Of a DNA stretch of 42,761 bases, positions 8,294-17,696 are shown piece by piece. Location: assembly GCA_964549615.1 (NCBI GenBank), contig CAZJVP010000054.1:1-42761 (forward strand), in the 5' to 3' direction. Under the pieces are notes generated by a model. It saw nothing but the letters and a program-made list of their open reading frames with translations, had not been told where the DNA came from and made no database searches. The stretch is from an uncultured Thermococci archaeon (GTDB lineage: Archaea; CAYQAE01; CAYVLA01). The first letter of the stretch is position 1, and the number at the start of each line of letters is the position of its first letter. Position numbers and translations under genes: made by a program.

Positions 8294-9079
8294 ATGAGCG
8301 GAAAACGCGTGTATGCGGTTCTCCTCCTTTTGGCCTTCATCCCCGGCATCCTCCTGTCCGGCTGCATAGGGCCGAAGGACTCTGACCATGATGGACACCC
8401 GGACGAGGAGGACCGTTTCCCCGACGACCCGAACGAGTGGGTCGACAGCGATAACGACGGGGTGGGCGACAACTCGGACGCCTTCCCGCACAACTCGGAG
8501 GAATGGGCCGATACCGACGGCGACGGCCACGGCGACAACTCCGATGATTTCCCCAACGACCCCAAGGAATGGATCGACGCCGACGGCGACGGAGTGGGCG
8601 ACAACTCGGACGCCTTCCCCAATGACTGGGAAGAGTGGGCGGATACAGACAAGGACGGTCACGGCGACAACTCGGATGCTTTCCCCAACGATCCCAACTA
8701 CCACTTGGTCTGCCCGGAGTGCAACGGAACCGGCGTCATCCCCGAAACCGTGGAGTTCAACCACACCGCTCGGGGCTGGCTTTCGGATCGGGGCACCATC
8801 TCATCTGACTGGCACGTGTACATCGAGGTCACCAACCTTGACAACGAGGATGGGATCTTCAAAGTTGAGGCTTGGGTGATAGAGAAGGGAGAGGAGGCAT
8901 GGAGGGGCGCCGACCAGCACGTCATTGCCCCTGGCCAGACCTACACCTTCGATTTGAAGGCCAGCGGGTTCAGCCAGAGCGTCAACCAAGGCAACCTGCG
9001 ATACAGGGTGAGACCGCCCGCCAGGGAAGTAGGCCCCGCCGTTACATGTCCCACCTGCGGGGGGACCGGGAAGATCTAG
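8294..9079 (+). CDS. Lipoprotein with thrombospondin type-3 Ca-binding repeats and a split CxxCxGxG zinc finger
   Basis: Signal peptide ending LLSGC; five DxDxDGxGDNSDxFP repeats; CPECNGTG and CPTCGGTG. Confidence 0.85.
   Translation: MSGKRVYAVLLLLAFIPGILLSGCIGPKDSDHDGHPDEEDRFPDDPNEWVDSDNDGVGDNSDAFPHNSEEWADTDGDGHGDNSDDFPNDPKEWIDADGDGVGDNSDAFPNDWEEWADTDKDGHGDNSDAFPNDPNYHLVCPECNGTGVIPETVEFNHTARGWLSDRGTISSDWHVYIEVTNLDNEDGIFKVEAWVIEKGEEAWRGADQHVIAPGQTYTFDLKASGFSQSVNQGNLRYRVRPPAREVGPAVTCPTCGGTGKI
8378..8700 (+). repeat. Coding tandem repeat, 66-bp (22-aa) unit, about 5 copies
   Basis: GGCGACAACTCGGAC-like cores recur at 66-bp spacing. Confidence 0.88.
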
Positions 9080-10052
9080 CCGGCAGGCGAACCTTCCGGC
9101 CCGCCCGAGCGGATTCGTAGCATGCCTGGGCGATCTCAACGGACTTGAGGCCATCCATCCCTGTGACCGGAGGCTCTCTATCCTCGGAGATGCATCTGAC
9201 GAAGTCCTTGAGGACCAGCCCCACGGTGAAGTCGGGCTCGGTTATCCTCTCCTCCCTCCGGTCGCCTGCCTGCGCCACAGTTATCAGGCGACCGTATCTG
9301 TCGGCAAGAAGTTGGCCCCCGTCGGTGGCCACCTCTATCAGGTCCATCCTGCTCCCGGAGCACATCGAGGCATCGCAACAGACCAGACAGCCTGGAAACT
9401 CCAGCACCGCTGCGAAGGAGTCCTCGACGGACGTGCCCAGCACCCTCGCGGTCGAGCAGAACACGCCCAGCGCCTCGCGTTCCAGCAGAAACCTTGCCTG
9501 GTCGAAGAGATGGACTCCCAGATCCATGAGTGCCCCGCCGCCTGACGCCTCGGGGTTCTCCCGCCACCCGGGCGCCCGCTGTTGCCTCTTGCACATCGAG
9601 ATCAAGTATGGCGTGCCCATCGAAGGAATCAAGGCCTTCACCCGCCTCACTAGTGGATGGTATCGGAAGTTGTGGCTAACCATGAGCTTGACGCCGTGCT
9701 TGCGAGCCGCCTCTATCATTTTCCTTGCCTCCTCGACGTTTCGTGCGATCGGCTTCTCCACGAGGATGTGCTTGCCGCCCTCTGCTGCCGCAACGGCGAT
9801 CGGCATGTGAAGGTCGTTGGGCGTTACGATGAGAACCGCGTCGACCTGGGGATCCTTCACCAGATCCCGGTAATCGGTGTAAAGCCGATCGATCTTGAAA
9901 CGCTGGCCGAATTCCGCAAGCTTCTCCTTGTCCCTTCTACACACAGCCACGAGGGCCGAGTCTTTCACCTCGGTCTGGATGTGCTCAGCATACCTAGTTC
10001 CGTGTCTTCCCGTACCGACAAGCCCAAGCCCGACGGTCAACCTACCACGCAA
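9042..10052 (-). CDS. Gfo/Idh/MocA NAD(P)-dependent oxidoreductase
   Basis: GLVGTGRHG, VTPNDLH, HILVEKPIA and GGGALMDLGVHLFD. Start placed at TTG 10052; the upstream extension overlaps rlmH. Confidence 0.92.
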   Translation of the reverse strand: MRGRLTVGLGLVGTGRHGTRYAEHIQTEVKDSALVAVCRRDKEKLAEFGQRFKIDRLYTDYRDLVKDPQVDAVLIVTPNDLHMPIAVAAAEGGKHILVEKPIARNVEEARKMIEAARKHGVKLMVSHNFRYHPLVRRVKALIPSMGTPYLISMCKRQQRAPGWRENPEASGGGALMDLGVHLFDQARFLLEREALGVFCSTARVLGTSVEDSFAAVLEFPGCLVCCDASMCSGSRMDLIEVATDGGQLLADRYGRLITVAQAGDRREERITEPDFTVGLVLKDFVRCISEDREPPVTGMDGLKSVEIAQACYESARAGRKVRLPARSSRSPRRWDM

Positions 10053-10134
10053 CCCCCTCGGACGAGAACCTGAACTATCTTTCGGGCTGAGAGCAAGGGC
10101 AAAGCCGGGCGAACATATTTCTCCAAGATGCTGG

Positions 10135-10602
10135 GTGGGATCTTGGGTAGGGACGCTGCTTCGCATCAGGGTGGTGTCGGCCGGGAAGGTCAAGAACCGC
10201 TTCGTCGCGGACGGGATCGAGGAGTACAAGAAGAGAATATCGCCCTTCGCGAGACTTGAGCTCGTCGACCTCAAGAAGGGCTTCTCAAGAGATTCCCGCA
10301 GGGGCGAGGCATCGCGGAACAAGGTGCCGAACTCAAAGGCAAGAGGCGGCCTGACGGTGGCCCTGCATCCCGCAGGCAGACAGGTATCGTCTGAGGAGTT
10401 TGCCGAGTTCCTGCGAGGCAGGGAGGCCGTCGACTTCCTGATCGGCGGCCCCGAGGGGCTTCCCGATCATATCGTGGAATCGAGCGACATCTCGCTTTCC
10501 CTGTCGAAACTGACCTTCACGGGCGAGTTGTCGAAGCTGATCCTGATCGAGCAGATCTACCGGGCGCTGACCATACTGAACAATCGGCCCTACCATAGAT
10601 AG
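10135..10602 (+). CDS. rlmH: 23S rRNA pseudouridine-1915 N3-methyltransferase (SPOUT)
   Basis: IRVVSAGKVK..EEYKKRI, G.QVSSEEFA, FLIGGPEGL, LSLSKLTF and EQIYRALTILNNRPYHR. Start uncertain. Confidence 0.88.
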   Translation: MGSWVGTLLRIRVVSAGKVKNRFVADGIEEYKKRISPFARLELVDLKKGFSRDSRRGEASRNKVPNSKARGGLTVALHPAGRQVSSEEFAEFLRGREAVDFLIGGPEGLPDHIVESSDISLSLSKLTFTGELSKLILIEQIYRALTILNNRPYHR

Positions 10603-10613
10603 GTGGACTGGGA

Positions 10614-13600
10614 ATGTCTTCTAGCCTTGGCTGGCTCATCGTGAGTGCGGCCGTCCTGCTGGCCCTGATCGGGGCCCAGGGAGTCTGCGCCTACCTGAGC
10701 TACGTGCCGATGAACGGTGCCTTCGAAAGATACGATGACGCAGGGAGGCCGCTCAACTGGACCCTTCTCAGTGCCCCATCGTCAGACGGCATGAAGACGA
10801 CCGCGGCTCTGGTGAATGACTCGTACAAGGGGCTGAAGGCACTCTACCTTGGTAGCCTTGGGACGGGCCGCGCCTCGGCGAGGATCGAGATGCCCATCGA
10901 GTACAATGCTCTCCGAATGCTCCATTCCGGGACCGCCGAGTTCTACTACAAGGTCCTGTCGTCGGGGGCCTCCGGGAGGAACATCGACTTCAGGCTCGAC
11001 CTCTTTGACCAGCACGGCAAGGTCGTGGCCGGCGTCCAGTTCTCGCCTCCCAGCTCCCACGTTGCGGATGGCATGTGGCACAGGCACACCTTCAGGCTGG
11101 ACATCAGGGACTCGAGGACCGCGAAGTACATGGCCCTGTCCTTCAGCGTGAACGGGGCAGAAGAGAAGGCGCCCGGGTCCTGGATCGTGGACGAGCTCCA
11201 GATATTCGAGGCGCCGGCAGCGGTCAGGATAGGGTTGATCACGTGCACTCGGGCTCTCGTTGAGGTCGGCAAGCCCTTCGCCATCAGCTTCAACCTGACC
11301 AACGAGGGAGGTGCCTTCTTCCACGACCTTCACTCCCGGATCATCCTTCCCCGAGGCCTTCGGGTTGTTGGTGAAGAGCCAGAGAGGATCTTGGGCGTTG
11401 TGGAGCCGGGATTGGCCTACGAGGTCAGCTGGAACCTGGTCGCCGACCGGCCCGGGACATACCCCATAGAGATCAACATCTTCAGCCCCAGTGACGAGGC
11501 ATTCAATCCCGGTCCTCTGGCCACCGTGGTGGGGGCTGGTGGTTTCTCCCATCCGGCGTCAAGGCCGAATCGAGCAGTGTGCTCCGTCACCCAAGAGGAG
11601 ATAGTTCTCGAGAACCCGTTCCTGCGCCTGGTCTTCCCGGTCGCCGAGGAGGGCTTTGGGCTGTTCGGCCTCCAGTGCTGGGACGGGTTCTGGAGGGACA
11701 TGGCGGTTTCAATGCCTCTGGGACATGCACTCTTCGTTGCCCATCCTGGCAAGAAGAGTTTGCTTCTGCTGACCGCCCAGGCGTACGACTATGGACTCGC
11801 ATCAGCGGGCGCCTGGCTTTCGCTCCAAGGATGGATTGCGGATGATGACGGGGTGACCTGGGCAGTCTCCTATCGGTTTGACCTTGCAAACGATGCTGCG
11901 CACGTCGACATCAGCTTCTCGGTCCGGACCAGTGCGAACAGGAAGATCCTACGCCTATCGGGTCCGCAGATTCTCGCTGGAGAGGGGAGCTTTGGCACGG
12001 CGAGGGGTGAAGGCCTCTTCTGCGGCCTTGAGTACCTGCTTCCGGGAGAAAGTTCGTCGGGAACGGACTTCGTCTACCCGCCCCGGAACCTCAGGGCCGT
12101 GCCACATCCGCTGAAGGTAACGATTCCCTTAATGGCGGTGGAACAGGGCAACTGCAGCATTGCGCTATCCTGGGATCCGCTCGAAAGATGGGACGGGACA
12201 AACGCCCTGATCTCGGCCAAGTATCTCTCGCCGAACTGGCCGCGGAACCAATCCAACCACGTCATGGCCCTCTTCGTCCCCACGATCCCCCGCTGGGTGA
12301 ACGAGAACGAAGATGAGGCGACAACCCCTTATGATCTGGACGGGCCCGTGACGATCCACTGCCAGGTGTTCTGCAAGGCGAATACGGATGTGCTCGGGAC
12401 GCTCCTCTGGTGGCTTCGCGAACACGGGGTGCCATCCCCGCCCGACAAGCCTCGAAGCTTCGAGGAGACCATTGACCTCTGCGTAGCTTGCTTCAAGGAT
12501 ATCTGCTGGGTCGAGTCGGCCAAGGCTTGGAGACATACCCACCTCTCCGACCCGGCTTGGATCTTCTGGGACCCACTTGTGGCGCTTCCCCTGTGGCACC
12601 AATCGGCCCTGACCGACGATGCGGGCTTGCGAAGCGAGATCCGGGCCCAGGTGATGGAGGCTCTGGCAGCGACGGGTGGATGGGGGGTGGACATGGACCT
12701 GGCGCTCCACCTCGGCGAGGTTGAAAAGGCCCTGGCCAGCGGGTACAACTATGCCCAAGCCCTCATCGACTCTCAGAACGACGACGGATCCTGGCCCTAC
12801 ACGCCCAGCGACAAGAGACATGAACTGCTTGGGCGTCCCGGAGATACGTCGTCCGGCTGGACCGCCAGCAAGGCGAGGTTTCTCCTCAAATTCGGCAGGA
12901 TCACGGGCGATCCCAGCTCGATCAATGCAGGCCTGAAAGCACTCGAGTACCTGGACACCCAGAGAAGACCAGAAGGCGCGCAGACCTGGGAACTTCAGCT
13001 CCACGTGCCCGATGTGCTGGCTTCTTCGTACGTCCTAGAATGCTACCTAGAGGCGTACCGGATAACGCGAAACCAGGACTACCTGGAGAGGGCGAGGTTC
13101 TGGGCTCTCAGCGGGTTGCCCTTCATCTATCTCTGGAACCCACCCGACAGGCCGATCATGAGATACGGATCCATACCCGTCTTCGGCGCCACATGGTTCG
13201 AGAGCCCGTGGTTCGGCGTCATCGTCCAGTGGAACGGCTTGGACTACGCCTACAAGCTTCTGGACCTGTCCAGATACGATGATTCCCTGCCGTGGAGGAC
13301 GATCGCGGAGGGCATCACTGTCTGCGGGATGCAGATGCAGCGCTACCCGGGCGGCCCGCACGCCGAGGTTTCCGGCATGTACCCCGATGCCTACAGCGCT
13401 GTCAAGGGGGACGATGCATACTATTTCGACATCAACCCTCGCTTCATCGCCCTTTGCGCCTTCGGGCTTATGGGATACGACGAGACGACCCAGACCGAGA
13501 TCCTCCCCGTTGGCGAGGGGAGGATTCACATCAGCACGGTGGGAAGGATCGGGAACTCGAGCTTGCAGGGTGGTCTGCTCACCTTCGACGTCCAGTATCC

Positions 13601-14294
13601 AGTGAGCGATTCATCGTATGCCGTCATCGGCGGCGTCTCCAGGCCCTCCGCGGTCACGGTCAACGGCGAAAGCATAGCTGAGAGCCAGGACCTTTCCAAT
13701 ATCGTCCAAGGCTGGACATACAGGAGCGACGGCATCCTAGTCATCAAGATGGTCCACGCGGTGGTCGACCGCATCGTGGTGGCGGGAGTCCGGTACCAGC
13801 CGAGCATGCGCTTTGCGCCGGAGCCCATCTGGGAGTTCGAGTCGTACGATTCCGAAGGCTGGATGAACACCAACATGTTGACGCCCTTCCTGGTCCAGAA
13901 CGGAACCCTTGCCACGAGATCGACCGGCCCCGACCCGTACATGGTCGGGCCGAACATCCAAGTCCAGGCGAGAACGGATGACATCGTGACGATCAGGATG
14001 AAGCTCTCTGCAGGACAATATGCGCAGATTTTCTGGATCCGTAGGGGCGCCGGCCAGTACAGCGAATCGAAGAGCATGGTCTTCCCGGTGAACCCCGATG
14101 GGCAGTTCCACACCTACGAGGTGTGCGTCGGGCGGAGCCCAGAATGGAACGGGACGATCACCCAGATCAGGCTCGATCCGACGAACGTCGCCGACGCCTT
14201 AGTCGAGATCGACTACATCAGGATACCCGAGCCACTATTCGGATTGCTCGCGCTCCTCGTCATTGGACTAGCTGGGAGGAAAAGTTGTGGTTAG
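10614..14294 (+). CDS. Large secreted multidomain protein (CBM-like, Ig/CARDB-like, alpha/alpha-toroid, CBM-like) with a PEP-CTERM-like anchor; putative glycan-active enzyme
   Basis: Signal peptide; NLTNEGG Ig-like segment; helical core YLEAYRITRNQDYLERA; C-terminal DGQFHTY..WNGTITQIRLDP; tail IPEPLFGLLALLVIGLAGRK. Confidence 0.7.
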   Translation: MSSSLGWLIVSAAVLLALIGAQGVCAYLSYVPMNGAFERYDDAGRPLNWTLLSAPSSDGMKTTAALVNDSYKGLKALYLGSLGTGRASARIEMPIEYNALRMLHSGTAEFYYKVLSSGASGRNIDFRLDLFDQHGKVVAGVQFSPPSSHVADGMWHRHTFRLDIRDSRTAKYMALSFSVNGAEEKAPGSWIVDELQIFEAPAAVRIGLITCTRALVEVGKPFAISFNLTNEGGAFFHDLHSRIILPRGLRVVGEEPERILGVVEPGLAYEVSWNLVADRPGTYPIEINIFSPSDEAFNPGPLATVVGAGGFSHPASRPNRAVCSVTQEEIVLENPFLRLVFPVAEEGFGLFGLQCWDGFWRDMAVSMPLGHALFVAHPGKKSLLLLTAQAYDYGLASAGAWLSLQGWIADDDGVTWAVSYRFDLANDAAHVDISFSVRTSANRKILRLSGPQILAGEGSFGTARGEGLFCGLEYLLPGESSSGTDFVYPPRNLRAVPHPLKVTIPLMAVEQGNCSIALSWDPLERWDGTNALISAKYLSPNWPRNQSNHVMALFVPTIPRWVNENEDEATTPYDLDGPVTIHCQVFCKANTDVLGTLLWWLREHGVPSPPDKPRSFEETIDLCVACFKDICWVESAKAWRHTHLSDPAWIFWDPLVALPLWHQSALTDDAGLRSEIRAQVMEALAATGGWGVDMDLALHLGEVEKALASGYNYAQALIDSQNDDGSWPYTPSDKRHELLGRPGDTSSGWTASKARFLLKFGRITGDPSSINAGLKALEYLDTQRRPEGAQTWELQLHVPDVLASSYVLECYLEAYRITRNQDYLERARFWALSGLPFIYLWNPPDRPIMRYGSIPVFGATWFESPWFGVIVQWNGLDYAYKLLDLSRYDDSLPWRTIAEGITVCGMQMQRYPGGPHAEVSGMYPDAYSAVKGDDAYYFDINPRFIALCAFGLMGYDETTQTEILPVGEGRIHISTVGRIGNSSLQGGLLTFDVQYPVSDSSYAVIGGVSRPSAVTVNGESIAESQDLSNIVQGWTYRSDGILVIKMVHAVVDRIVVAGVRYQPSMRFAPEPIWEFESYDSEGWMNTNMLTPFLVQNGTLATRSTGPDPYMVGPNIQVQARTDDIVTIRMKLSAGQYAQIFWIRRGAGQYSESKSMVFPVNPDGQFHTYEVCVGRSPEWNGTITQIRLDPTNVADALVEIDYIRIPEPLFGLLALLVIGLAGRKSCG

Positions 14295-15891
14295 CCCTGC
14301 ACAGATACTGGTGAACCAGGTCGGCTACGACTTGGAGAAGGAGAAGCGCTTCGTCGTCCAAGCGAGCGGGCAGAGAATGCCCGCTAGGTTCTCGGTGATC
14401 GACGCTCAAGGCAAGTGCGTTTACAGAGGGACCCTGAGGAAGGCGGGCAGGATCCAGCAGTGGGGAGCCCTCTACTGGACCGGCGATTTCTCCCCTTTGA
14501 GGATCGAAGACACCCTGCGAATCCTCATCAAGACCCGCAACGGCCCGATCCTTTCCCACCCCTTCAGGGTTGGGCGGGGCTTGGTCTTTGGGGAGACCGG
14601 CGAGCTTGCGCAGAGGTTCTTTTACTACCAGCGGTGCGGCACCGAGGTGGAAGGGTGGCATCCGCCCTGTCATCTTGACGACGGGGTCTTGCCCGACGGG
14701 TCTCACCTAGACGTCTCGGGCGGATGGCACGATGCGGGGGACTACAACAAGTACAACGGCGGCACCCCGCTGTCCGTCTTCGCCCTCACCTACGCCTACG
14801 AGAGACATAGGGACTACTATGATCGGTTCAAGACCCGGGCGGGAGTGCCGACGATCGTGGACGAGGCTCTCTGGGGTGCCCGGTGGCTGCTGAAGATGCA
14901 GCCTGTGCCGGGCAAGCTGCTGGAGAGGGTCTTCTCCGGGTACTCGTACTGGGGCCCGCCGGAGAAGGAGACGGACAACATCCCCGGCAATGGCGATGAC
15001 CGCCCCATCCAAGGAGAGGCGGGGCCATGGGCATCAGCCCTTGCATCCGCGGCCTTCGCCAAGCTCTCGCCGTGGGGTGAAGGTCGCTTCTACCTTGAGG
15101 TGGCAGTAGCGCTTTGGGAGAAGGCCCGGGAAGGCAGTCCACACCTTGAGTCCGACGCCGCGCTTCTCCTTAGCGACCAAGCCCTCTACGCCAAGACCGG
15201 ACAGAAGGCCTACTTGGACGACGCGTCACGCAGAATTGCCAACATCACGTCCGCCCAGACCGAGGAGGGATGGTTCGCCCTGCCCGACGGCACGCCACAC
15301 TACTCGATAACCCACCTAGGTTTCCCAGCTGCATGCCTGGCAGAATTTGGACTATCTGGAGACGGCGGTGCCGATCCCGAGGTGACCGACGCAGTCACGC
15401 GCTATCTGGACTTCTCGATCAAGATCGCGAGAAACCCGTTCCAGCTCTCGACGATCTACTCCAAGGACGGATCCATCAGCTTCTTCTACAGATACCCTGA
15501 GCCGACCAGCTGGTACGTTGGGCAGAACAGCCAGTACCTCTCCCAGGCATGGGCGGCCCTCGTCGGCTTCGCGCTGACCGGCCGAAGAATGTTCAGACGG
15601 TATGCGCTTGCCCAGATCAACTGGGTGCTGGGAACCAACCCCTTCGGCATATGCATGTTCGAGGGCAAGGGATCGGTCAACCCCGCCGTCTACCATCACC
15701 GGTACAGCGCCATTCCGGGCAGGGAACGCGGGGCCGTGCCGGGGTGCGTGCCGAACGGGATAGTTAGGATGTCGGTGGATGAGGATGCGCCAAGGTTCGA
15801 CATGAGAGCATCGGGGCGGCCAGCCTACCAGAGCAACGAGCCTTGGCTTCCCCACAACGCCTTCTACCTTCTGGCCTCGTCCTGCCTATAG
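14287..15891 (+). CDS. Glycoside hydrolase family 9 with an N-terminal Ig-like domain; no signal peptide
   Basis: ILVNQVGY, FFYYQRCG, DVSGGWHDAGDYNKY, WVLGTNPFG and C-terminal NEPWLPHNA. Confidence 0.9.
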   Translation: MVSPAQILVNQVGYDLEKEKRFVVQASGQRMPARFSVIDAQGKCVYRGTLRKAGRIQQWGALYWTGDFSPLRIEDTLRILIKTRNGPILSHPFRVGRGLVFGETGELAQRFFYYQRCGTEVEGWHPPCHLDDGVLPDGSHLDVSGGWHDAGDYNKYNGGTPLSVFALTYAYERHRDYYDRFKTRAGVPTIVDEALWGARWLLKMQPVPGKLLERVFSGYSYWGPPEKETDNIPGNGDDRPIQGEAGPWASALASAAFAKLSPWGEGRFYLEVAVALWEKAREGSPHLESDAALLLSDQALYAKTGQKAYLDDASRRIANITSAQTEEGWFALPDGTPHYSITHLGFPAACLAEFGLSGDGGADPEVTDAVTRYLDFSIKIARNPFQLSTIYSKDGSISFFYRYPEPTSWYVGQNSQYLSQAWAALVGFALTGRRMFRRYALAQINWVLGTNPFGICMFEGKGSVNPAVYHHRYSAIPGRERGAVPGCVPNGIVRMSVDEDAPRFDMRASGRPAYQSNEPWLPHNAFYLLASSCL

Positions 15892-16872
15892 GGGCAGAGC
15901 GATCGGGCGGCCCCTCTCGCTGGATGCGATGGCACCGAGGCTCAGCTCCAAGGACCTGAGGCCTTCCTCCAAGTCCACGGAGGTGGGCTTGCCCGCTTTG
16001 ACGCAGGAAATGAATGCCTCCTCCTCGGCGAGATAAGGGCTCCTCTTGCCGGTGAACTCGGCCTGGGAGTCCCTCCACTTTATGACCACGCGGCTCGCGT
16101 AATCCTCGTACTTCAGATGCTGCGCGATGACCTTCAAGCCCGTCTCGCCCTCGACGGCCGCGTTGGTTGAGGTTACGACGCCGATCGCGCCGCTCCTGAA
16201 GCTCAAGAGCACCGCCGAGACATCTTCGATGTTGTAGTTCTCAAGGCCAACGTTTATCCGGGTTGCCAGGAGCGCTTGAACCCTGCCAACCTCACCGGCC
16301 AGCCATCTGCACTGGTCGAATATGTGCGTCGTCTGCTCGGTGATCTGTCCCCCGCTCAACTCTCTCCTGACCCACCAAGGGACGTTGTATATGCCGCCCC
16401 ACCATTTCCCTTCGACCATCCCAATGGTGCCCCCCTTCTCCAGAAGGATGTTCCGCGCCTCGACCCTCCCGTCGTTGAAGCGCCAGTGGTATCCCATCTG
16501 ATTAACGATCCCAGCGGCCTTGCAGACCCTCACTGCCTTCTTCGCGTCCTGCAGTTTAACGGCCAGCGGCTTCTCGAGGAACACAGCGATCCCCCTTTCA
16601 GCGGCGGCCTTCACCGGGTCTAGGTGCGCGGATGGCGGCGTGCAGATGAAGACCGCCTCCGGCTTCTCCTTGTCCATCATCTCTCGATAATCGCCATAAG
16701 CCTTGGGCACCCCGTAGTCGACCTGAACCCTGTTGGCCCGAGCCTCGTCCAGGTCTGCCACTGCTACGACCTCGGCGTCCTTGGCACGGGCGAGATTCTC
16801 GACGTGGACCCTGCCGATTCCACCTATACCGATAACGGCCACGCGCATTTTCTCACGGTCACGGCCGTCCAC
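15886..16872 (-). CDS. Gfo/Idh/MocA oxidoreductase
   Basis: VIGIGGIG, CTPPSAH, FLEKPLA and SGGQITEQTTHIFD. Confidence 0.93.
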   Translation of the reverse strand: MDGRDREKMRVAVIGIGGIGRVHVENLARAKDAEVVAVADLDEARANRVQVDYGVPKAYGDYREMMDKEKPEAVFICTPPSAHLDPVKAAAERGIAVFLEKPLAVKLQDAKKAVRVCKAAGIVNQMGYHWRFNDGRVEARNILLEKGGTIGMVEGKWWGGIYNVPWWVRRELSGGQITEQTTHIFDQCRWLAGEVGRVQALLATRINVGLENYNIEDVSAVLLSFRSGAIGVVTSTNAAVEGETGLKVIAQHLKYEDYASRVVIKWRDSQAEFTGKRSPYLAEEEAFISCVKAGKPTSVDLEEGLRSLELSLGAIASSERGRPIALPL

Positions 16873-16896
16873 GCAGACCTGAAAAATGAACTCGTA

Positions 16897-17220
16897 CTAC
16901 CGTTTCGTCCGTAACTCCTGGGACCTCCTTCCAAGTCTAAGGCAAAGATAGAGGCCCCAAATGAGTAGCACAGCTCCGAGGCCCATGAGGCTGGCCTGCT
17001 GGTAGAACTCCCTGTGCACCCTGTTGATCTCCTGCTCGAGTACCGCCCGCATCTCAGGGGGAACCCAGAACGGTATATCCTTCGTGCTGTTCGTATTCTT
17101 GAATGCAGTCCATGCGCTTACAAAACCCGGGTACGCCCAGACGATCAGGACAGCCCCGAGAACCAGTACGGAGGCCCTGATCAAGATGTGCCGTCGGGAC
17201 CTTGTCAGCCGAATTTTCAC
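16897..17220 (-). CDS. Small two-TM membrane protein, unknown function
   Basis: Two hydrophobic segments (ASVLVLGAVLIVWAY; LMGLGAVLLIWGLYLCL). Start placed at GTG 17220. Confidence 0.6.
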   Translation of the reverse strand: MKIRLTRSRRHILIRASVLVLGAVLIVWAYPGFVSAWTAFKNTNSTKDIPFWVPPEMRAVLEQEINRVHREFYQQASLMGLGAVLLIWGLYLCLRLGRRSQELRTKR

Positions 17221-17354
17221 CGTCAAGGAAAGACCGACGTGTAGGGCAGGCTCAAATATCTTTATCGCGTGATCCGACGCTCCCGCGGGCCGCCCGAAGC
17301 CCAAAGTCAGGATCAACTTTTCAAGGGCCGGCGAAACGATGCACAGGGATCGCG

Positions 17355-17618
17355 TTGGAAACCGAAAGGCCAGAACCAAATGACCAAGGTCCGGAAACGC
17401 CCCGACCCGAGCCCGCCCAGCCGGGCGGCGAGCCGGACTGGGCCCAGCATCCGGACGCGGCATACCTAGCCTACATCCTCAAAGAGGTGGAGCTCATAGG
17501 CGTCAGAACGGACAGGGTTGCCAGGAACACCATGATCATCACGGCACTCCTGGCGGTCGGCATCATAGTCGTGATAATAGTCTGGCTAGACCTGATCGGG
17601 GCTCTGCCCTTCTTCTGA
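17355..17618 (+). CDS. Small protein with a C-terminal TM helix, unknown function
   Basis: Pro-rich N-terminus, amphipathic helix, then MIITALLAVGIIVVIIVWL. Start uncertain. Confidence 0.55.
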   Translation: METERPEPNDQGPETPRPEPAQPGGEPDWAQHPDAAYLAYILKEVELIGVRTDRVARNTMIITALLAVGIIVVIIVWLDLIGALPFF

Positions 17619-17696
17619 GAGCCGAAGTAAGCTTTAAGTAGAACGCCCGTCCCGTGCACCCAGCACCGGAAACAAAAGATTCGCGGAAGTGGTACG

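Noticed and set aside
8378-8700. 66-bp periodic repeats as a CRISPR array
   Set aside because: They are in-frame coding TSP3 repeats with synonymous variation.
17355-17618. Small TM protein as an MtrF/MtrG-like subunit
   Set aside because: The resemblance is only a generic helix plus TM, and it lies 15 kb from mtrA.
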